The notes beneath the pieces were generated by a model. That model was given only the letters and a program-made list of their open reading frames with translations. It made no database searches and was not told the DNA's origin. This document shows positions 9,988 to 18,385 of a stretch of 24,717 nucleotides of DNA, piece by piece. Position 1 is the stretch's first letter; each line of letters starts with the position of its first letter. The stretch is from Candidatus Hodarchaeota archaeon (lineage in GTDB: Archaea > Asgardarchaeota > Heimdallarchaeia > Hodarchaeales > Hodarchaeaceae): positions 1 through 24,717 of the forward strand of contig JAEOTQ010000222.1 of assembly GCA_016839785.1 (NCBI GenBank), written 5' to 3'. Made by a program: the position numbers and the translations under genes.

Positions 9988-10671
9988 ATGATATATAATA
10001 TGGAATCTAAATTAGATAAACTATTTGAAGCAAAACCTAAACCTGTCATTTGGATTGAAGGTATAATTGGATGTGGAAAGACCACACTGACAAAATCGAT
10101 CTCTAGAAAGCTTGATTTTCGAGCAATTTATGAACCTGTAAATTTAGAGTTATTGGAAATGTTCTATAAAGATCAGGATCGCTGGGCATTTGCTATGCAA
10201 ATCGATTTACTCCACCGCCGTTATGCGTTGCAAAAACTGGGTTCTTTTGAATCTATTACAGGGCAAGGCGTAGTAATAGATAGAGGACTTCCTGGAGATC
10301 GGGTATTTGCTAAAATGCTTTATAAAGCAGGAAAGATGGATCGAATCGAATGGGCTATATATGAACGTGCCTATTCGGTTATGACTAACTCCTTAATTCC
10401 GCCAAGTGTTATTATATTCATGGAAGTTTCTCCTGAAATTGCACAACAGCGAATTAAGAATAGAGACCGACAAGCTGAACGTGGTGATTTAGTACCTCTT
10501 GCATATCTTCAGGAACTGGAGTATGGATACTTAGAATTGTTATCAGAAATAGAATCTGCCTATCCTGCATGGAGTCGTGGAATGAAAGTAATAAAACTTC
10601 CATTTAATACCTCTGATGAATCTGATGAGTCTATAAGTAAAGTGATAGGCATAATACAGGGTTTATTATAG
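9988..10671 (+). CDS. Deoxynucleoside kinase (dNK family)
   Basis: IEGIIGCGKTT, YEPV, RWAFAMQ, IDRG..GDRVF, lid RIKNRDRQAE, YLQEL. Confidence 0.9.
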   Translation: MIYNMESKLDKLFEAKPKPVIWIEGIIGCGKTTLTKSISRKLDFRAIYEPVNLELLEMFYKDQDRWAFAMQIDLLHRRYALQKLGSFESITGQGVVIDRGLPGDRVFAKMLYKAGKMDRIEWAIYERAYSVMTNSLIPPSVIIFMEVSPEIAQQRIKNRDRQAERGDLVPLAYLQELEYGYLELLSEIESAYPAWSRGMKVIKLPFNTSDESDESISKVIGIIQGLL

Positions 10672-11193
10672 ATGGTGCATATCAATATTGAATTTAAAGC
10701 AAGGTGTGATAATCCCGAAAAAATTCGTCAGCTACTATTGCATGAAAATCCTGTTTTTAGGGGGAAAGACCATCAAGTAGATACTTACTTCAATGTGAAA
10801 ACTGGACGTTTGAAACTTCGAGAAGGCAATATTGAGAATGCATTAATCTATTATGAAAGACCTAATGTGGCGAATGCTAAACAATCAACAGTTCTTCTGT
10901 ATCATCCTGAATCGGATAGTACTTCTTCATTGAAAGAAATTTTGATAAAAACCCTGGGCGTTTTAATAGTAGTCGATAAAGAACGTGAGATTTATTTTAT
11001 TGATAATGTTAAATTTCATATTGATTACGTCAAGAATCTAGGTCATTTTATGGAAGTGGAAGCCATCGATGCCGATGGATCCATCGGTACGCAAAAACTT
11101 CAAGAACAATGTGACCATTATCGAAAACTGTTCCAGATTTCTGAAGATGATCTTGTTGAGGTTTCGTATTCTGATCTGATTTCACAACCATAA
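10672..11193 (+). CDS. CYTH-domain triphosphate tunnel enzyme (class IV adenylate cyclase-like)
   Basis: ExExK-type NIEFKAR, QVDTYF, RLKLRE, VDKEREIY, FHIDYVKNLGHFMEVE, C-terminal SYSDL. The ATG directly follows the dNK stop. Confidence 0.9.
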   Translation: MVHINIEFKARCDNPEKIRQLLLHENPVFRGKDHQVDTYFNVKTGRLKLREGNIENALIYYERPNVANAKQSTVLLYHPESDSTSSLKEILIKTLGVLIVVDKEREIYFIDNVKFHIDYVKNLGHFMEVEAIDADGSIGTQKLQEQCDHYRKLFQISEDDLVEVSYSDLISQP

Positions 11194-11244
11194 GCGTTGA
11201 ATAACAACACCTAAATTCCTAGGTTGTAGGGAAAGTCACTTATT

Positions 11245-11565
11245 ATGCCATCTCTAAAGGAAAATCCACCATTAATTGCCTATCAAAACTATGTGGCTGA
11301 ATTAGAACAGGAAAGAGATTTTAAAAATCAATCGGTAATTGATAAATGCTTATTACTTGGAGAAGAAGTAGGAGAATTATTTAAAGCTGTTCGGAAGAAA
11401 GAAGGATTGAATATAGACCTTAATTCAAATACTTCCCAAATTTCATACGAATTAGTAGATATTTTCATATTTCTATGTGCCATTGCGAATCGCTATGATA
11501 TTAAATTAGAGGATGCATTTCGAGAAAAAGAAGAAATCAATAAAAAACGACAATGGACTAAATAA
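11245..11565 (+). CDS. MazG-like all-alpha nucleotide pyrophosphohydrolase
   Basis: LGEEVGELFKAVRK and ELVDIFIFLCAIANR (EExxE...ExxD), C-terminal KEEINKKRQW. Confidence 0.9.
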   Translation: MPSLKENPPLIAYQNYVAELEQERDFKNQSVIDKCLLLGEEVGELFKAVRKKEGLNIDLNSNTSQISYELVDIFIFLCAIANRYDIKLEDAFREKEEINKKRQWTK

Positions 11566-11575
11566 TGAATAAAGA

Positions 11576-11599
11576 GTCGTCAAATCGTGCTTTGACGAC
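11576..11599. terminator. Perfect 9-bp inverted repeat after the MazG-like gene (terminator, RNA-stability hairpin or operator)
   Basis: GTCGTCAAA-tcgtgc-TTTGACGAC, 10 nt after the stop codon. There is no U-tract, so the function is uncertain. Confidence 0.4.
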
Positions 11600-11677
11600 A
11601 GTAATTTCGAAGATAGATATTTTTCCATTCGATACCATTTGCAGATAAGACCTTCTGGAGTTGAAATATATTAGTAA

Positions 11678-11920
11678 TTGCGACCTTACGAATTGTCACA
11701 AAGTTACGATTTGGAGTTATACGCGCTAATGGCCGATCTTATCGAATCTCTACTCATAATTATTAGAACAATTCTTATTTTTCTCTCTGCTTATTTCATT
11801 CTGCATCTTCTCTACTCAAAGTTAATTTTAAGGTTAGGACCCCCTGTTAAAATCAGAATAAATCGTCTACTTCAGAAATATCGTGAAACCACTGATAATA
11901 GTACTATTTGGAATCGATGA
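11678..11920 (+). CDS. Possible small single-pass membrane protein
   Basis: One hydrophobic stretch followed by a basic tail. It fills an otherwise empty gap and may start at the internal ATG (MADLIES). No family recognised. Confidence 0.4.
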   Translation: MRPYELSQSYDLELYALMADLIESLLIIIRTILIFLSAYFILHLLYSKLILRLGPPVKIRINRLLQKYRETTDNSTIWNR

Positions 11921-11958
11921 GAAAATCCATAATCTGAGTCTTGGATCAGTGCATTCTC

Positions 11959-12543
11959 TTATGATTCGTTTGGTATCTGTCGTTCTGGGGAGGAAAGCTG
12001 TTTATAGCGATAATATATTACCATGATTCCTATTGCGACTAGAACAAATCCGAGAGATTGTAATGGGAAAGGAAACGCACTTCCTGTGTCTGTGGATCTT
12101 AATACATTTTCTGGTACAAGACTAGTCATGGCAGAATAGGTGTTAAACATGGGAATGGCAATTTGGGGTTGTAAACTTTTGTAAGTAACCCACACGAGAC
12201 TTGAGATACTAGTCATTCGAAATGCCATGGCTCCTGCCTGTTCTCTACTCGGTGCCCAGCGTTCATTCTCGTAAATGAATGTTGAAACTACAATTCCAAT
12301 AAGGAACAGCGCAGTGACTTCTACAAGCAAAATCTGGTTTATCGTTGTTGTCAGATTAGGAATTATGGGGTAAATAAGGGTCATTACACCTACTTTGATT
12401 AAATTGACTGATCCTACTAATGTCATTACTTTTCCTACATACTCCTTCGGAAAGAAAAACCAGATAAAGGATATTTCGATAAATGCGATTATTATCAAGT
12501 CATTAATACCAAGGGTTGGGAGTAAATATTGGTCAATAATCAT
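11959..12543 (-). CDS. Hypothetical integral membrane protein (about 5 TM helices)
   Basis: ATG start with a GGAG-like element upstream and several hydrophobic segments; divergent from the HerA-like ATPase. Confidence 0.8.
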   Translation of the reverse strand: MIIDQYLLPTLGINDLIIIAFIEISFIWFFFPKEYVGKVMTLVGSVNLIKVGVMTLIYPIIPNLTTTINQILLVEVTALFLIGIVVSTFIYENERWAPSREQAGAMAFRMTSISSLVWVTYKSLQPQIAIPMFNTYSAMTSLVPENVLRSTDTGSAFPFPLQSLGFVLVAIGIMVIYYRYKQLSSPERQIPNES

Positions 12544-12849
12544 TTTTTTCTCCGATCTCTCCTGTTTATGACATCCATTATTTACTATCTTGTGTCTCTG
12601 ACTTTCTAATATTGTGTATGTGTAAACACCTTCTATTCATCCCCTCCTAGATACAGAGGGAATCGAATGGTGAGGTAATTTAGAAGTCCCAAATAGATTC
12701 AGTTATGCCATATTTTTCTTCCTTTTTACGAAGAAGGAGAGAAATTGGGGTGCTTATATATCAGATTGAATATTTTGTCTTATGATGCCTCCTAGAGCTG
12801 AACCAACTAACAAATGATTCCTTTTTAACTCCTCAATGAGATTCAACCC

Positions 12850-14985
12850 TTGCAGACTAGTTCCACATCATTTCATTTTGATTTTATTCCCGATAAAACA
12901 GATCGATCAAGCATAAAACTATTGAAAAATGTTTCTAACTCATTTACCTTGGAATATGCAGTTTTTGAACCGAAAACAGTTCATATTTGTATGCATGCGA
13001 ATCCAAAACGGCATTTTTTCAAAACAAATTCCAAATCAGCTGTCGCAATCCTTCAACAGTTTATTGTAACTCTTGGACTTCATGCAGACTATCTAAAATC
13101 AGGTATAGATCCCATTCCGAAGTTACTAAGTATCATCAAACCGCAATTCCTCCTCGACCCATTAGAACCCTGTCTTCATAGTGGTGGGCTACTGGGTTTA
13201 GAAATGGAATCCTCATTCCTCCCTATGAATGATGGCTTCATTAATGGATTATTGGAAATAATAACAGAAGATCCGACCTTTGCTCTCTTCCAGATACCTT
13301 TCAAGTCTCATAAAATCCCGAAAGAATTTCAATCCGTAGAGATTACGGATTTTAGAAATCAAACTAGATTTAATATTCAACAAGGAAAGGTTGAAAGGCG
13401 TTCACAACCTGTTAGTATGAATTTAATGGAAGAAGCAGGTTGTTTTAAGTTTTCAATTCGTTTATTGCTCGTTGAACGAACAGAGGAACGACTTCATACC
13501 AAACTAGAAAGGGTATCAGTTTTTCTGAAAGCCCATGGAATAAAGACCAGGAAATATCCCTCTTTTCTTCGTTCGTTTAACCGTTTTAAATCACATATTA
13601 GAAACCGATCATTCCATCCAGGAATGTTAACAGACGGATTCACACTAATGAATTTTCTATCATTTCCAACTAATCAATACTCGCTTTTTGGATACCAAAT
13701 TGTGCCTCACAAGGAAAGATATCAAAATTCGTCTACTTTATCACAATCTATTATGGATGATACAATAAGAATTGGCATTCCAATTCTGAGTGGCAAAACA
13801 GCTGATTCTCCTATAGTTCTTTCAGGTAAAGATCTATCTCGTCATATGGCGGTATTTGGAATGACAGGAGAAGGTAAAAGTAGGTTCATTTTTAACTTAA
13901 TCAAAGAATTTCACCAAAACCAGGTCAAATTTCTAATTATTGACCCCAAAGGAGAATATATCCATCCTGTACATACATTTTGTCAGGAATTCATATACTT
14001 GAAACCAGGTTCAGAATCATTCCCATGGGGAATAAATATGTTTGAAGTTCCGATGGATCAGCAAGGGCAACCCTTAATCTCTCCTGAAGATCATATTCAA
14101 TTTGTTGTTTCCTTACTTGAAAATGTGGTTGATGAAGGTAATTCTTTATCACCTCAGATGAGACGCTTAATCCAATTAGCGACTATACAAACCATTAAAG
14201 AAAAGGGCGATTTTAGACTATTTATACAATGGTTAGATAAACCTAATGCTCTTGGTCTTAAGGGAGCCTATTTAGAGAATACATCTGCAGGTACGATTAA
14301 TCGTGTTACGAAGCTGTTGTTTGGAAATACTGGGAGATGCTTTACGGTTAGTTCTACCTCATTCGATATTTCTCAAATTCTTTCTCAGAACGTGATTTTA
14401 GATTTATCGTCATTTGAAGCAATGGAAGACATAAATGGGCGGCAATTACTTCTGGAGGTAATATTCCAATATCTGTACTATTACATACGGCAATTTCGTC
14501 CCCCTTTCAAAGAAGAAAAGCTCCCCCAAAATGTGATTATTCTCGATGAAATTAACAAGCTTTTACCTGCCCCATCATATCGACAATCAACGCCTAAATC
14601 AATAATTGGTCGAGGGCCATGGACTTTGCGAGCTTATGATGTATCTATGGTTTTTATAGGAACCGACCCGATGATAGATCTTCCCATGTTGACGAATGCT
14701 GGGGTATTCGCAATGTTTTATTCAAAATTCGATCCTTATAAGGTTGCAAATTTATTGGGTATTTCTAAAGATGCATATGATCATTTAACGTCCCTTTTGA
14801 AAGCGAAACCTGATGAAAGAAGATGCTTACTTTCAGTTAATAAAAATGTGACCTTAATTAAGACAGATCAATTTGACCTTGATTACTCGAGCGTATCAAA
14901 CATTGAATTACTGAGAAATAATCCTGTTCAGATACATCTTCGAAAAAACTATACTCAGAACTATTTCCAGCCAATTCACGATTAA
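12850..14985 (+). CDS. HerA/FtsK/VirB4-superfamily ATPase (DUF87-like) with a ~300-aa uncharacterised N-terminal region; true start uncertain
   Basis: RHMAVFGMTGEGKS (Walker A), LIIDPKGEY, INMFE, VILDLS, IILDEINK (Walker B), LRAY (Arg finger region). Confidence 0.88.
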   Translation: MQTSSTSFHFDFIPDKTDRSSIKLLKNVSNSFTLEYAVFEPKTVHICMHANPKRHFFKTNSKSAVAILQQFIVTLGLHADYLKSGIDPIPKLLSIIKPQFLLDPLEPCLHSGGLLGLEMESSFLPMNDGFINGLLEIITEDPTFALFQIPFKSHKIPKEFQSVEITDFRNQTRFNIQQGKVERRSQPVSMNLMEEAGCFKFSIRLLLVERTEERLHTKLERVSVFLKAHGIKTRKYPSFLRSFNRFKSHIRNRSFHPGMLTDGFTLMNFLSFPTNQYSLFGYQIVPHKERYQNSSTLSQSIMDDTIRIGIPILSGKTADSPIVLSGKDLSRHMAVFGMTGEGKSRFIFNLIKEFHQNQVKFLIIDPKGEYIHPVHTFCQEFIYLKPGSESFPWGINMFEVPMDQQGQPLISPEDHIQFVVSLLENVVDEGNSLSPQMRRLIQLATIQTIKEKGDFRLFIQWLDKPNALGLKGAYLENTSAGTINRVTKLLFGNTGRCFTVSSTSFDISQILSQNVILDLSSFEAMEDINGRQLLLEVIFQYLYYYIRQFRPPFKEEKLPQNVIILDEINKLLPAPSYRQSTPKSIIGRGPWTLRAYDVSMVFIGTDPMIDLPMLTNAGVFAMFYSKFDPYKVANLLGISKDAYDHLTSLLKAKPDERRCLLSVNKNVTLIKTDQFDLDYSSVSNIELLRNNPVQIHLRKNYTQNYFQPIHD

Positions 14986-15003
14986 TTTTCCGTGTTAAGT
15001 TAA

Positions 15004-16128
15004 TCAGACCATAACAGCAGCAATGGTAGGGGGATCATCCTCAGAAATTGTTATTAATCCCTTCGTTACTAGGTCTTCAAGCATTTGTCGTAGTTTCAAT
15101 GGATGGGCACCTACAGACATAGCCAAGGTAGAGAGATCCAACACTCCGCCTAAATTTAATAAAATGAGAATTGATGCATATAAGGGATGAGTAGATAGCA
15201 ATCGCTGGGTATAATCAAGGAGAACATTTTTCTCAAGACGTTCAGTTATTGCTTTCGCTAGTTCAGCTTTGGCTACCGACAGCTCATCTTCAGCGATTGT
15301 TACTGCTTCTTCCAATCGGCCTACTGTGATTTTATGTTGTCGTGTTGTGTCCTCAAGGCGTTGATTCTGTGTTTCTAGCTTTGTTGTCAATTCCTCAAGA
15401 TCGATTTTCATTTCTTGACGAATTTCCTTTGTTCGACTTTGAATTCCCTCCTCGAGCATACGCTGATAATAATTCTCTTGAATTTGGTAAGTTTCTGCAA
15501 CAGAGGCTAAAGCCTCTTGGATATCTTTTTCGTGAATCAGTTCTTTCTCTTTGAATCGTTCGATTACTGCCTGATTTATCTCTAGTTCATTGATTAATTC
15601 TTTAGATTGGGTTTGGTGAACTTCGAGTTCTTTCTGTTGATTATCAAGCTGTGAACGAATACGTTTCACATCTGCCTCTAATGCGGTGATTTGATCAGTT
15701 TTTTCAGCCAACTGAGTGAGAGAATCCGTTTTTTCATTCTCATGATGTTTTAACTGTGAATTTTTTTCTTTTATTTGGGTCTTTAACTCTAAATTGCTTT
15801 CTCGTAATTGCTCAAGTTCACTTTCTCTTTCAGGAGAGGCTTCTTCTTGGATAATGAAACCACCTTCTGCTAATCCATCCTTAATTCGACCCAATGATTT
15901 GATCGTAATACGGGTTAACTCGCTATCTACAATTCGTGCGGTTTCTTTGCGGATAGTTTTAACCAGAGTGTCAATATCTTGATAACTGAAGTATGGTAAT
16001 CCTTGAGAAAGAAGCGTGCTCTTTGTACCCGATACTACTACGCCAATCTCTTGTTGAGAAACTTTACGATCTTTAGCCATTTCGTTGATAAATTCTAAAC
16101 CAAATTCTTTCAGAGATCTAGGTGTCAT
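15004..16128 (-). CDS. Long coiled-coil protein with a C-terminal winged-helix-like domain
   Basis: About 200 aa of E/K/Q/L heptad-rich sequence; C-terminal LDLSTLAMSVGAHPLKLRQMLEDLVTKGLITI has a wHTH pattern. Confidence 0.8.
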   Translation of the reverse strand: MTPRSLKEFGLEFINEMAKDRKVSQQEIGVVVSGTKSTLLSQGLPYFSYQDIDTLVKTIRKETARIVDSELTRITIKSLGRIKDGLAEGGFIIQEEASPERESELEQLRESNLELKTQIKEKNSQLKHHENEKTDSLTQLAEKTDQITALEADVKRIRSQLDNQQKELEVHQTQSKELINELEINQAVIERFKEKELIHEKDIQEALASVAETYQIQENYYQRMLEEGIQSRTKEIRQEMKIDLEELTTKLETQNQRLEDTTRQHKITVGRLEEAVTIAEDELSVAKAELAKAITERLEKNVLLDYTQRLLSTHPLYASILILLNLGGVLDLSTLAMSVGAHPLKLRQMLEDLVTKGLITISEDDPPTIAAVMV

Positions 16129-16266
16129 TTATTGTGCCCTCAAATGACCTTTAACTTTTCAATGAATAATCAAGTGAGTTTTGTATTTGGTGCAATATTT
16201 AAATCTCTAGGAGGTACTTTCTCCCCCATATTCATTGAAGGAACGGATCAAATTCAATAATTTCTC

Positions 16267-16683
16267 CTAAGATCCCCAAAGATTTTGCAGGTCTGGGATT
16301 AGAGTTGCTGTAATCAATGTAATTATTCCTTGAATTATGATCGCAGTAAACAGTGCAAAGGAGATACTTAATAACGTTCCTAACAAATAGTATTCTGCAA
16401 ACTGGCGTTCTTTAAGTTGTTCAAATCGAGCCATTGACTTAGCAACAAATACAAATGAAATTGTCCCAAATTCTCCCATTAACGCTAAAGTCAAGATTAT
16501 TGCTCTTTCCACCTGTCCAATCTTTTTTCCTGCTCCTGAAAGGCCCATTGATTTCTTAGTTGAGTCGGTATCCTTATAGGAAGATAAGAAACGGTCAACG
16601 AACAACGCCCCTCCAAAAATCGCCCAAAGATAAGCGCATAGATAAAGAAATACAAGTATTAAAAATAGATCCAATTGAAACAA
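16267..16683 (-). CDS. Membrane protein resembling the C-terminal part of DUF3307 proteins, a usual SatD neighbour
   Basis: AGKKIGQVERAII...AKSMARF...FAEYYLLGTLLS motif; GGAGG RBS-like sequence just upstream of a TTG start. Confidence 0.8.
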   Translation of the reverse strand: MFQLDLFLILVFLYLCAYLWAIFGGALFVDRFLSSYKDTDSTKKSMGLSGAGKKIGQVERAIILTLALMGEFGTISFVFVAKSMARFEQLKERQFAEYYLLGTLLSISFALFTAIIIQGIITLITATLIPDLQNLWGS

Positions 16684-16694
16684 TCAGTGTCCTC

Positions 16695-17202
16695 CTAGGA
16701 TCGACACTTTGGGTATGTTAATTTATTTAATGTTTCGATTGCTAATGTGATTTCCTCCCAATACGCGCTTTTAAGAATGTTTGAAACGGCTTGTTTAGTA
16801 ATTTTATCTTTATCTTTTGTTTTAATTCTTTTTCCGATCTTTTCATAGGTTAAATTTTGTTTTCGAAGTTTGATGACTTTCTTCTGTCTTTCTGTCCACC
16901 CTGACTTTAAGGTGGTTAAGAGAGTTAGAACAGAATTTGTCAATTGATCAAATAAACTGTTTTCTGATTGGAACCATGTCGCACGCTGGTTTTTAGTCGT
17001 GAATGTCTAAGCTGCTTCTGAAATTTGATGTAGATAAAGGTGAAGTATATCCGAGATCTTTATTCAACACCCATTCTCATGATCATCGAAATTCACCTAT
17101 GTTATGGTGAACTGGGTAATCCTTTATTCAAATTATTTCTATGAATTACAAGAGATATCTTGATACCACACCGTTACGGGCAATCAATCATTAATGGTAC
17201 AT
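16695..17202 (-). pseudogene. Second SatD-family gene: 5' palm half disrupted by many deletions, 3' HTH half intact
   Basis: The ATG at 17200-17202 abuts the upstream stop. A residual FTIT-G-EF motif lies at about 17088-17111. The frame is open over 16695-17006 (TWFQSENSLFDQLTNSVL...WTERQKKVI...LTYEKIG...TKQAVSNILKSAYW) and aligns by eye with the upstream SatD (VWIHSSNMLFNKTMNVL...WTDTQREVI...LTYQQIG...SKQAISNILRSAKW). Confidence 0.8.
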
Positions 17203-18174
17203 CTATTGAAATGTAATTAATTTAATATCTATGCCTTGATCTTGTAATTTGAAAGCAGAATACTTCTTAGCATCCGTTGAAAACGATTTACCAAAGATAA
17301 TTCCTCTCTTTGATTCTAAATCATTTAATACAGAGGCAAAGTCTCTGACTGTTCTCGAACCAACATGTCCCTTTTTTACCTGACATGGAATGCCCGTACT
17401 ATGAATGCCATCTAGTCCGCCGTCACGGGTTGTTGATAAGATCAGAATGTCTAACTTTTCACTCAACCAGTTTTGAAATTGAAAGCCATTCATTTTTTTT
17501 GTTTCTTCCCAATCTAAAGATGGTAGCGATACTAATTCATCTAAATCTACTTCACCAACCTTGAAATCAGCGATATCCATTGAGAAGAGTAATCGTTTTG
17601 CCATTTCGATTTGAGGCCATTTTGCACTTCGTAAAATATTACTAATTGCCTGTTTAGAAACACCTCGCAATTCTCCGATTTGTTGGTATGTTAATTGTTT
17701 TTTTCGTTGATGAATCACTTCTCGTTGAGTATCCGTCCATTGTTTGGTTAACGTACGCAATAATAGAAATAATACATTCATGGTTTTATTAAATAACATA
17801 TTCGAAGAATGAATCCAGACATCAAGCTTATATAAAGTGGCTACTTTCAAAGAAAACCGCGAATTAATTAAGGCTTCACCATCCATTTCTAATACATTGG
17901 GTGAAAAGCTAGTCGAAATGTCCCCGATTCCAATTCCACATCGAAATTCATGCGGAAAACGTTCAGAAATAGAGTCAAATATTTCATAAGCGTGTTTAAA
18001 TGATTTAATTGCCCCTTGAAATGAATCTCCCCAAACAATAACAAACGGGGCTTCTAGTTGCGATTTATATTCTTGATTAATTGTTTGGAGAGTGTGCTTT
18101 AGTTGCTGCTGTACGTCAGCTCGATCATTGATTTGTCTTGACAAAACAATATCGCCTGTAATGATGATAAACAC
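17203..18174 (-). CDS. SatD-family (cyclase/palm-like + HTH) protein fused to a C-terminal Mrr-like restriction endonuclease domain
   Basis: SatD part: IITGDIVLSR, PFVIVWGDSFQG, FRCGIGIG, MDGEALINSR, HTH TYQQIGELRGVSKQAISNIL. Nuclease part: MNGFQFQNWL...DGGLDG...PCQVKK..VGSRTVRDF...RGIIFGKSFSTDA (Mrr-type D...QxK). Confidence 0.85.
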   Translation of the reverse strand: MFIIITGDIVLSRQINDRADVQQQLKHTLQTINQEYKSQLEAPFVIVWGDSFQGAIKSFKHAYEIFDSISERFPHEFRCGIGIGDISTSFSPNVLEMDGEALINSRFSLKVATLYKLDVWIHSSNMLFNKTMNVLFLLLRTLTKQWTDTQREVIHQRKKQLTYQQIGELRGVSKQAISNILRSAKWPQIEMAKRLLFSMDIADFKVGEVDLDELVSLPSLDWEETKKMNGFQFQNWLSEKLDILILSTTRDGGLDGIHSTGIPCQVKKGHVGSRTVRDFASVLNDLESKRGIIFGKSFSTDAKKYSAFKLQDQGIDIKLITFQ

Positions 18175-18210
18175 TAATTCTCACATCCACTGGTTATCTT
18201 TTATACTAAG

Positions 18211-18365
18211 TACCCTTTATAAGGGTATTGTTAGTAAATATTAATTTGTTGACTTGACGGCACTTTCTATAATAATCTCATATATCTTGACTGAATGAAC
18301 TATTTTTAATAGAAAGTGTCATTTTCCACGATTTTCTCGGTAAAGTCAACTATTTTTAATTGACT
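18211..18365. promoter_or_regulatory. Operator-rich promoter region of the SatD-Mrr operon
   Basis: Palindrome TACCCTT-tat-AAGGGTA (18211-18227) enclosing a TTATAAA TATA-like box on the minus strand. AGT(A/C)AA-N10-TTGACT boxes at 18233-18254 and 18344-18365. Inverted repeat CACTTTCTAT/ATAGAAAGTG (18261-18270, 18309-18318). Direct repeat AACTATTTTTAAT (18298-18310, 18348-18360). Confidence 0.6.
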
Positions 18366-18385
18366 ATGTAAATACCAATATGGAA

